Assembly (NCBI GenBank): GCA_964016885.1
Contig: OZ024744.1
Coordinates: 93,930,001 to 93,994,000, forward strand
Source of the DNA: Eledone cirrhosa
Lineage: Eukaryota
Reading direction: 5' to 3'
DNA length: 64,000 nt
The position numbers were made by a program, and so were the translations under genes. Shown here in pieces: positions 53,841 through 64,000 of this stretch. Positions within the stretch are counted from its first letter, which is position 1. Each line of letters opens with the position of its first letter. Below the pieces are notes generated by a model. The model searched no databases and was not told the DNA's origin. It saw only the letters and a list, made by a program, of their open reading frames with translations.

Positions 53841-55673
53841 ATATCCAGTGCTTTTATCGAGAATGACACAGCTAGAGACTTATAGAATACTTAGCTGTGT
53901 ACAGGAACTGGTTTGAAAGAGCGGTTGCCGGTCCGGCAGAAATTAGAAATTGGAATAAATGCTCTGAAATAGCGATATATATGTGAATATAGACATAGAA
54001 TATTCGAAAATATTCTGTATGTTTATAATAAACATTTTGAAGACCTAATCGCTATAGAATAGAATACGTCACGTATTACAATTAGATTCTCGATAAAAGC
54101 AAGGGAAGTAATCTACGCGTTTCATTCTCGTTAGAAATCATCAGGACTACATATCCAGTGCTTTTATCGAGAATGACACAGCTAGAGACTTATAGAATAC
54201 TTAGCTGTGTACAGGAACTGGTTTGAAAGAGCGGTTGCCGGTCCGGCAGAAATTAGAAATTGGAATAAATGCTCTGAAATAGCGATATATATGTGAATAT
54301 AGACATAGAATATTCGAAAATATTCTGTATGTTTATAATAAACATTTTGAAGACCTAATCGCTATAGAATAGAATACGTCACGTATTACAATTAGATTCT
54401 CGATAAAAGCAAGGGAAGTAATCTACGCGTTTCATTCTCGTTAGAAATCATCAGGACTACATATCCAGTGCTTTTATCGAGAATGACACAGCTAGAGACT
54501 TATAGAATACTTAGCTGTGTACAGGAACTGGTTTGAAAGAGCGGTTGCCGGTCCGGCAGAAATTAGAAATTGGAATAAATGCTCTGAAATAGCGATATAT
54601 ATGTGAATATAGACATAGAATATTCGAAAATATTCTGTATGTTTATAATAAACATTTTGAAGACCTAATCGCTATAGAATAGAATACGTCACGTATTACA
54701 ATTAGATTCTCGATAAAAGCAAGGGAAGTAATCTACGCGTTTCATTCTCGTTAGAAATCATCAGGACTACATATCCAGTGCTTTTATCGAGAATGACACA
54801 GCTAGAGACTTATAGAATACTTAGCTGTGTACAGGAACTGGTTTGAAAGAGCGGTTGCCGGTCCGGCAGAAATTAGAAATTGGAATAAATGCTCTGAAAT
54901 AGCGATATATATGTGAATATAGACATAGAATATTCGAAAATATTCTGTATGTTTATAATAAACATTTTGAAGACCTAATCGCTATAGAATAGAATACGTC
55001 ACGTATTACAATTAGATTCTCGATAAAAGCAAGGGAAGTAATCTACGCGTTTCATTCTCGTTAGAAATCATCAGGACTACATATCCAGTGCTTTTATCGA
55101 GAATGACACAGCTAGAGACTTATAGAATACTTAGCTGTGTACAGGAACTGGTTTGAAAGAGCGGTTGCCGGTCCGGCAGAAATTAGAAATTGGAATAAAT
55201 GCTCTGAAATAGCGATATATATGTGAATATAGACATAGAATATTCGAAAATATTCTGTATGTTTATAATAAACATTTTGAAGACCTAATCGCTATAGAAT
55301 AGAATACGTCACGTATTACAATTAGATTCTCGATAAAAGCAAGGGAAGTAATCTACGCGTTTCATTCTCGTTAGAAATCATCAGGACTACATATCCAGTG
55401 CTTTTATCGAGAATGACACAGCTAGAGACTTATAGAATACTTAGCTGTATTCTATTCTATAGCGATTAGGTCTTCAAAATGTTTATTATAAACATACAGA
55501 ATATTTTCGAATATTCTATGTCTATATTCACATATATATCGCTATTTCAGAGCATTTATTCCAATTTCTAATTTCTGCCGGACCGGCAACCGCTCTTTCA
55601 AACCAGTTCCTGTACACAGCTAAGTATTCTATAAGTCTCTAGCTGTGTCATTCTCGATAAAAGCACTGGATAT

Positions 55674-55716
55674 GTAGTCCTGATGATTTCTAACGAGAAT
55701 GAAACGCGTAGATTAC
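55674..55716 (+). ncRNA. Type I hammerhead ribozyme, first of 8 plus-strand copies (55674, 55984, 56294, 56604, 56914, 57224, 57534, 57844)
   Basis: Stem I GTAGTC/GATTAC, extended by 16-bp ATTCTCGATAAAAGCA/TGCTTTTATCGAGAAT. Core CTGATGA and GAAA; stem II TTCT-AACG-AGAA; palindromic stem III ACGCGT; predicted cleavage after GUA (55710). Confidence 0.9.
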
Positions 55717-58079
55717 TTCCCTTGCTTTTATCGAGAATCTAATTGTAATACGTGACGTATTCTATTCTATAGCGATTAGGTCTTCAAAATGTTTATTATA
55801 AACATACAGAATATTTTCGAATATTCTATGTCTATATTCACATATATATCGCTATTTCAGAGCATTTATTCCAATTTCTAATTTCTGCCGGACCGGCAAC
55901 CGCTCTTTCAAACCAGTTCCTGTACACAGCTAAGTATTCTATAAGTCTCTAGCTGTGTCATTCTCGATAAAAGCACTGGATATGTAGTCCTGATGATTTC
56001 TAACGAGAATGAAACGCGTAGATTACTTCCCTTGCTTTTATCGAGAATCTAATTGTAATACGTGACGTATTCTATTCTATAGCGATTAGGTCTTCAAAAT
56101 GTTTATTATAAACATACAGAATATTTTCGAATATTCTATGTCTATATTCACATATATATCGCTATTTCAGAGCATTTATTCCAATTTCTAATTTCTGCCG
56201 GACCGGCAACCGCTCTTTCAAACCAGTTCCTGTACACAGCTAAGTATTCTATAAGTCTCTAGCTGTGTCATTCTCGATAAAAGCACTGGATATGTAGTCC
56301 TGATGATTTCTAACGAGAATGAAACGCGTAGATTACTTCCCTTGCTTTTATCGAGAATCTAATTGTAATACGTGACGTATTCTATTCTATAGCGATTAGG
56401 TCTTCAAAATGTTTATTATAAACATACAGAATATTTTCGAATATTCTATGTCTATATTCACATATATATCGCTATTTCAGAGCATTTATTCCAATTTCTA
56501 ATTTCTGCCGGACCGGCAACCGCTCTTTCAAACCAGTTCCTGTACACAGCTAAGTATTCTATAAGTCTCTAGCTGTGTCATTCTCGATAAAAGCACTGGA
56601 TATGTAGTCCTGATGATTTCTAACGAGAATGAAACGCGTAGATTACTTCCCTTGCTTTTATCGAGAATCTAATTGTAATACGTGACGTATTCTATTCTAT
56701 AGCGATTAGGTCTTCAAAATGTTTATTATAAACATACAGAATATTTTCGAATATTCTATGTCTATATTCACATATATATCGCTATTTCAGAGCATTTATT
56801 CCAATTTCTAATTTCTGCCGGACCGGCAACCGCTCTTTCAAACCATTTCCTGTACACAGCTAAGTATTCTATAAGTCTCTAGCTGTGTCATTCTCGATAA
56901 AAGCACTGGATATGTAGTCCTGATGATTTCTAACGAGAATGAAACGCGTAGATTACTTCCCTTGCTTTTATCGAGAATCTAATTGTAATACGTGACGTAT
57001 TCTATTCTATAGCGATTAGGTCTTCAAAATGTTTATTATAAACATACAGAATATTTTCGAATATTCTATGTCTATATTCACATATATATCGCTATTTCAG
57101 AGCATTTATTCCAATTTCTAATTTCTGCCGGACCGGCAACCGCTCTTTCAAACCAGTTCCTGTACACAGCTAAGTATTCTATAAGTCTCTAGCTGTGTCA
57201 TTCTCGATAAAAGCACTGGATATGTAGTCCTGATGATTTCTAACGAGAATGAAACGCGTAGATTACTTCCCTTGCTTTTATCGAGAATCTAATTGTAATA
57301 CGTGACGTATTCTATTCTATAGCGATTAGGTCTTCAAAATGTTTATTATAAACATACAGAATATTTTCGAATATTCTATGTCTATATTCACATATATATC
57401 GCTATTTCAGAGCATTTATTCCAATTTCTAATTTCTGCCGGACCGGCAACCGCTCTTTCAAACCAGTTCCTGTACACAGCTAAGTATTCTATAAGTCTCT
57501 AGCTGTGTCATTCTCGATAAAAGCACTGGATATGTAGTCCTGATGATTTCTAACGAGAATGAAACGCGTAGATTACTTCCCTTGCTTTTATCGAGAATCT
57601 AATTGTAATACGTGACGTATTCTATTCTATAGCGATTAGGTCTTCAAAATGTTTATTATAAACATACAGAATATTTTCGAATATTCTATGTCTATATTCA
57701 CATATATATCGCTATTTCAGAGCATTTATTCCAATTTCTAATTTCTGCCGGACCGGCAACCGCTCTTTCAAACCAGTTCCTGTACACAGCTAAGTATTCT
57801 ATAAGTCTCTAGCTGTGTCATTCTCGATAAAAGCACTGGATATGTAGTCCTGATGATTTCTAACGAGAATGAAACGCGTAGATTACTTCCCTTGCTTTTA
57901 TCGAGAATCTAATTGTAATACGTGACGTATTCTATTCTATAGCGATTAGGTCTTCAAAATGTTTATTATAAACATACAGAATATTTTCGAATATTCTATG
58001 TCTATATTCACATATATATCGCTATTTCAGAGCATTTATTCCAATATATATATATATATACATATATATATTTAAATAC

Positions 58080-58110
<31 letters not shown>

Positions 58111-58597
58111 CATTTATATATACATACATATATATATATATATATTCCTTTTCGTCCTCTCCAATGACTCCACCTGGCTCTCATCCTTGTTCCCATTCCC
58201 ACTTCAACACTTCTCCCTTCATTTCCACTCTCACAGGCCCTAACTGTAAATGTGGTCTTGTAGGTGTTACAACAAAAAGCAACCAGCTAACACTGTAAAG
58301 TGGTCATGTAGGTGACACAACAAAAAGCACCCAATCCACACTGTAAATGTGTTTGGCATTAGGAAGGGCATCCAGCTACAGAAATCTAGCCAGAAACAGT
58401 TCTGTATGAGCAAGACATGGTCACTTGACCCAACTTGCCTCAAATGGGACAACCCCACTAACCCATGCTAGCGTGGAAAATGGACATTAAACGATAATGA
58501 TGAAGAGGATGATGATAATAACAAAAAGACTATACTTAATGTGGTCAGGTAGAAATGCTAGATAAAACAAGGAAAAGACAAAAATATTGATACAAAC

Positions 58598-58653
58598 CCT
58601 TTGGATTGCTTCTTTTTCCGTTGTGATTTTCCTCGGGCTATATCAAAAATTTG
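58598..58653 (-). CDS. Host gene internal exon: QIFDIARGKSQRKKKQSK(G)
   Basis: Acceptor (T)nCTTATTACATACAG, donor GTTTGT; 56 nt, phase 0/2, matching both neighbours. Confidence 0.85.
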
Positions 58654-59214
58654 CTGTATGTAATAAGAAAAAAAAACGAGAAATACGAAATTTAATTTTA
58701 TAACATGATTTTAGAATTTGGTTTTGTAGATCTAGTGAGTTCTTTGTTAACTTCGGTGGAGAGGTTGAGAATCAACCATATGGGATTCTCTCTGTTCGTT
58801 GTCAGCGATGATCATATTTCTCGCCCTATGTCTCCGATTCGAACAATGGTTTATACACACATACGCACACACACTGTAAACCAGACAATGCATCCAATAC
58901 AAACGTTTTCTCTTATTATCTGTTTACCTGGGTGAAGTTGGGTACCTCAGCTAGTCAAGATTTAAATCTTAATAAGTCTTGTGAAAGATGAAATTGCTAG
59001 ATTGAAATTATGAATATTTTATTATTATATTTTTTACCCATATAATAAACTGTTTTATTTCTTCTTCTGACAATTATATTTTATAAATATATATATATAT
59101 ATATGTGTGTGTGTATGAATGTATATATATGTGTGTGTATATGTATATATGTATGTGCGTGTATATATTATGCTAGCGTGGAGGATGGACGTTAAACGAA
59201 GATGATGATGATGA

Positions 59215-59269
<55 letters not shown>

Positions 59270-59272
<3 letters not shown>

Positions 59273-59829
59273 AGTTATATTTAAAATTGTTGGGTTACAA
59301 CTAGTAAATATTTATAACTGATATAAAAGCACTCGACAAATATTTGGAGTATATTTACAATATTAAATAAATGGAAAACTATATTTATAAAACCATATTT
59401 ATTTCATTATATATATTTCGGGGATATCATATTAACAATATGCTATGCCTTCATCAGACAAAATACAATATAAACAGTTTTATAGATAAATATATTTGAC
59501 ATACCGTAATAAACATCAACTTCATTTGAAGAGGTTTACGCTAGCAGTGAAAATACAGAGAGAAAGAAAGAGAGAAAGAAAAGAGGGAAAAACGAAAGAA
59601 AGAAAGACAAAACGAAGAAAAGGAAGAAAAAGAAGAAAAAGAAAAAGAAGAAATGCATGGAACAAAATAGAGAGATGGAAAAATAGATAAAGTGAAGAGC
59701 TTCATGTAAAGAGACAGAAAGATATATATATATATATATAGAGAGAGAGGAAATAGAGATAGATACATATATATATATAGAAAATTAGGTAGTGGGAGGT
59801 CATTTTGAGTAAGTGTATCAATGATACAT

Positions 59830-59876
<47 letters not shown>

Positions 59877-60092
59877 GCTCAAGTATTAATGTAAGGGAGA
59901 TATATAGAGAGATATAGAGAGATATAGAGAATATATGTCGAATATGTCGAATATATGTCGAATATATTTATCTATAAAACTGTTTATATTGTATTTTGTC
60001 TGATGAAGGCATAGCATATTGTTAATATGATATCCCCGAAATATATATAATGAAATAAATATGGTTTTATAAATATAGTTTTCCATTTATTT
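59270..60092. repeat. TA-embedded repeat with a partial inverted copy, both carrying degenerate hammerhead motifs
   Basis: 59365-59495 is the reverse complement of 59960-60092; homologous to 23160-23400. Confidence 0.75.
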
Positions 60093-60097
60093 AATAT

Positions 60098-60157
<60 letters not shown>

Positions 60158-61108
60158 ATATTTGTGTCAGGTCACCACTTGGTGCTAGTGGTAACATGTA
60201 TCCCAGTACAACCTGTCCCATGGTCGGGTCGTTGGCGACTAAACTGGCAACCCCACCAAGGTTTCTTGGTGAGGAGGGTGACTTTGGACATCCTGCAGGA
60301 CTAAAAACAAAACCTGTCAAAGGGCAAAGGAGCTCTTAAGAGTCAATGGCCATCCAAAATCACCGGGAGAGATGACCCCTTAGCCTTTGTCAAGGCAGAA
60401 TTCTAGGAGAAGGAAAACTCTGATATAACACCTGCAACCTATATGGTATCCAATGATGTTGACTTGTTCTTCTTTTTGGTAAATATCATCTTGGTTAAGA
60501 GAGTGGGACTGGCTTTGTGCAGTGCCTTTGCTCACTATAAAAGCTTCACGGCACAGGCATTGCTTTATATCTGGAGATCTCTCTGCACTTGTCATCACAT
60601 GGTACCATGGGCCCAGCACTATGTGTCAATAATTGTCACAAGTGTAGTGTTTGTACCAAAGTTTTCAAGTCGCTGGCTGGACTAAAAAGTCACACTTGTT
60701 CAGCACATCGGTAGGGGTTCTCCTACATGGATATAAAGTAGTGGCCGTACTCGAAAACGAGTTGGCAGCCACCATATATATATAAAAGCTTTCACCATAT
60801 TTTTGACTAAAGAAATTTTAACCTGATAATAGGGTTTAGAACCTTCTAAGAAATGGAAAAAGATGTGTATTGATGTCAATACTAATCTTTTTCCATTTCT
60901 TAGAGGATTCTAAACTCTATTATCAAGCTAAAATTTCTTTAGTAAAAAATATGGCGAGTTTTTATTTCTAAATTCAAAGTCGCTCGCTGTTTCAAAACAT
61001 ACTTACTTGAAATATATATATATAGAGATATATATATATAGATAGATATGGACTTATACCATTAAGTTCACATGAAGATATGTCACTATCTTAACACCAA
61101 ATATTATA

Positions 61109-61165
61109 TTTTATCTGACGAAAGCGTACTAAAATATTAGTACCCTTGAAATACGTATAATAAAA
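61109..61165 (+). ncRNA. Type I hammerhead motif, apparently intact
   Basis: TTTTAT-CTGACGA-AAG C GTACTAA AATA TTAGTAC C CTT-GAA-ATACGTAT-A-ATAAAA. Confidence 0.75.
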
Positions 61166-61198
61166 TAAATATGGTTTTATAAAGATATTTTCCATTTA

Positions 61199-61232
<34 letters not shown>

Positions 61233-61241
<9 letters not shown>

Positions 61242-61414
61242 ATACTTTGGGAGGGTCATGTTGCCAATAAGAAACACATGCACCAGTTACTTTCACTCAA
61301 TTTATTATAAATTAAATTTATAAATTTAAGAATTTATAAATTTCCGGTTGGTTGGTTGGTTGTCAATAAAAACACATGCACTGGTAGCATCATCCTCCCA
61401 AAGTATAACAATAT
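61233..61414. mobile_element. Small MITE-like element
   Basis: TIR ATATTGTTATACTTTGGGAGG / CCTCCCAAAGTATAACAATAT. Confidence 0.7.
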
Positions 61415-61694
61415 CTGTTTGAACACACATTTCTACATAAAAAATGTTGCAAAACAAATACAAAAACGATGTGTACATATGTGTGTGTGTGTGTGTGTGT
61501 CTGTGTGTGTGTGCCTGTGCCTCTGTGTGTGTGGTTGTGAATTGGCATAATCATTAGAATGCAGAAGCAGAGGCCTCTGTAATGATGAGGTACAAATGAG
61601 TGATTTTAAGTAAATTTTTAAATTCATTATATGTTCAATAATTCAGTATTTTACTTGAGAATAAAAATAATATTATACTTTCTAAATTACTTAC

Positions 61695-61778
61695 ATAATT
61701 TTTCACATTTAAATCTTTTACCACAACAGCCTGAGGTATGCCTTCATTTTGGCCAATTTTCATTATTTTTTCCATAGA
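61695..61778 (-). CDS. Host gene, most 5' exon visible: SMEKIMKIGQNEGIPQAVVVKDLNVKNY
   Basis: Acceptor CTTTCTTTTGTTTAG, donor GTAAGT; 84 nt, phase 0/0. The gene continues beyond the window end. Confidence 0.88.
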
Positions 61779-62614
61779 CTAAACAAAAGAAAGTCATAAA
61801 TTAACTCTTGTTGGAGAAACATAGACAAAATGTTTTTGTTTTATCACACATATGAGGGTCAGCTGAAAGGTTCATAGAGCCGTGAAATCTTGCATGCACT
61901 AATTTCATCTCTTCTTATTAATAACTGTATTGTTTCTTTCCCGGGACTATGTTGAAAAATAAACCTCATTTGGCCATTCCATGAGAGTATCTTGGTCAGC
62001 TTATGAACTCTTCAGCTGACCCTTGTACATACTCACACACACATCAACATGCACATCACTATCACACTTTCTCTGCTAACAATGGTTGGAAGGGCTCTTC
62101 ACAGACCAAGTCAGTACTGAAGCAAGGCCAGGGATCTGTATCTTGCTTATGTATGGTCTCACATACTAGCGAGTGCACAGGGAGGTTGTCACGACCTTTG
62201 ACACAACTGAAGCGTCCTCCCAACCCTTTCACCCTTTCTTTGGCAAGGGCAGATGTAGTGATGGAGAGAATAGCTAAGGAGTGATAGTAGAAGGTACATG
62301 GGTGGGGTAGAGAGAGTAGTGCCTAGGGTGTGAAAGTGGGGGCATCTAAGGGATTTAGAGGGAGCAGTAGCTAAGGAGTGCTACTGAAGAGGGCGTGGAT
62401 TGGGTTGGGATGTGTAGTGATGCTGAGGATAGCTACTAGGGTGTGCTAACGGAAATGGAGTTAAGTCAGGTGACATTGTACACTGATGGATGGGTAGATA
62501 GATGGGTAGACACACAATTTAAAAGCCACTCCCCTCATCTTACAACCCCACTCCCATCAATGTCTTTTCCAGCCTGAGTATACAATGTGAGCCTCAATAC
62601 TTTAAAAATGGCAA

Positions 62615-64000
62615 TGCACCCAGTCCACTCAGTAAAGAGGTAGTGCTGGTGTCATGATAAAATACACCCAGCCCACTCAGTAAAGAGGTAGTGCTGGTGT
62701 CATGATAAAATACACCCTGCTCACTCAGTAAAAAGGTAGTGCTGGTGTCATGATAAAATACACCCAGCCCACTCAGTAAAGAGGTAGTACTGGTGTCATG
62801 ATAAAATACACCCAGCCCACTCAGTAAAAAGGTAGTACTGGTGTCATGATAAAATACACCCAACCCACTCAGTAAAAAGGTAGTACTGGTGTCATGATAA
62901 AATACACCCAACCCACTCAGTAAAAAGGTAGTACTGGTGTCATGATAAAATACACCCAGCCCACCCAGTAAAGAGGTAGTGCTGGTGTCATGATAAAATA
63001 CACCCAGCCCACTCAGTAAAGAGGTAGTGCTGGTGTCATGATAAAATACACCCAGCCCACTCAGTAAAGAGGTAGTACTGGTGTCATGATAAAATACACC
63101 CAGCCCACTCAGTAAAGAGGTAGTACTGGTGTCATGATAAAATACACCCAGCCCACTCAGTAAAAAGGTAGTACTGGTGTCATGATAAAATACACCCAGC
63201 CCACTCAGTAAAGAGGTAGTACTGGTGTCATGATAAAATACACCCAGCCCACTCAGTAAAGAGGTAGTACTGGTGTCATGATAAAATACACCCAGCCCAC
63301 TCAGTAAAGAGGTAGTTCTGGTGTCATGATAAAATACACCCAGCCCACTCAGTAAAAAGGTAGTACTGGTGTCATGATAAAATACACCCAGCCCACTCAG
63401 TAAAAAGGTAGTACTGGTGTCATGATAAAATACACCCAACCCACTCAGTAAAAAGGTAGTACTGGTGTCATGATAAAATACACCCAGCCCACTCAGTAAA
63501 AAGGTAGTACTGGTGTCATGATAAAATACACCCAGCCCACTCAGTAAAAAAGTAGTACTGGTGTCATGATAAAATACACCCAGCCCACTCAGTAAAAAGG
63601 TAGTACTGGTGTCATGATAAAATACACCCAGCCCACTCAGTAAAAAGGTAGTACTGGTGTCATGATAAAATACACCCAGCCCACTCAGTAAAGAGGTAGT
63701 GCTGGTGTCATGATAAAATACACCCAGCCCACTCAGTAAAGAGGTAGTGCTGGTGTCATGATAAAATACACCCAGCCCACTCAGTAAAGAGGTAGTACTG
63801 GTGTCATGATAAAATACACCCGGCCCACTCAGTAAAGAGGTAGTACTGGTGTCATGATAAAATACACCCAGCCCACTCAGTAAAGAGGTAGTGCTGGTGT
63901 CATGATAAAATACAACCAGCCCACTCAGTAAAGAGGTAGTGCTGGTGTCATGATAAAATACAACCAGCCCACTCAGTAAAGAGGTAGTGCTGGTGTCATG
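62615..64000 (+). repeat. 48-bp minisatellite (SINE-derived), about 29 copies, running off the window
   Basis: Unit GGTAGT(G/A)CTGGTGTCATGATAAAATACACCCAGCCCACTCAGTAAA(G/A)A. Confidence 0.95.

Larger units (their letters stand above)
53674..58045. repeat. 310-bp tandem array with an internal inversion; one type I hammerhead ribozyme per unit (retrozyme-like)
   Basis: Landmark ATTAGATTCT at 53771, 54081, 54391, 54701, 55011 and 55321. Orientation flips at 55447-55448. About 5.7 + 8.4 units; only one substitution noticed (56846). Confidence 0.97.

Noticed and set aside
53674-58045. CRISPR-like or coding interpretation of the 310-bp array; a second ribozyme in the opposite polarity
   Set aside because: Units are identical with no variable spacers and no ORF. 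The opposite strand has only TTGAAGA without a properly placed GAAA and stem III.
58705-58935. 76-aa plus-strand ORF with an acceptor-like site
   Set aside because: No convincing donor or partner exons and no recognisable motif; it lies in an intron of the minus-strand gene.
62594-63439. 281-aa repetitive ORF (also 37501-37884 and 27875-28318)
   Set aside because: Consequence of a stop-free 48-bp unit derived from a SINE.

Overview
Eukaryotic, AT-rich, very repeat-dense genomic DNA. The SINE families and microsatellite load resemble those of octopod cephalopods; this is inferred from recalled repeat consensus and not verified. Almost all short ORFs in the supplied track are spurious or come from transposons. 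The minus strand carries the 3' part of a multi-exon gene: 7 GT-AG exons from 61778 to 30545 with matching phases, encoding 179 aa of a protein I cannot identify. Mobile DNA includes two LTR retroelements (one nested in a CRE-type LINE), CR1-, RTE-, Tx1- and CRE-type LINE remnants, two tRNA-type SINE families, mariner/pogo/hAT/TTAA MITEs, Helitron-like pieces and three 48-bp minisatellites derived from a SINE. The standout feature is 53674-58045, an almost perfectly homogeneous array of a 310-bp unit. Each unit carries a type I hammerhead ribozyme, giving 14 ribozymes in two oppositely oriented arms inside a 13-kb intron. This looks like a very young retrozyme (circular-RNA-like) insertion. 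Several unrelated minimal hammerhead motifs of the Penelope-like type are also scattered through the window.
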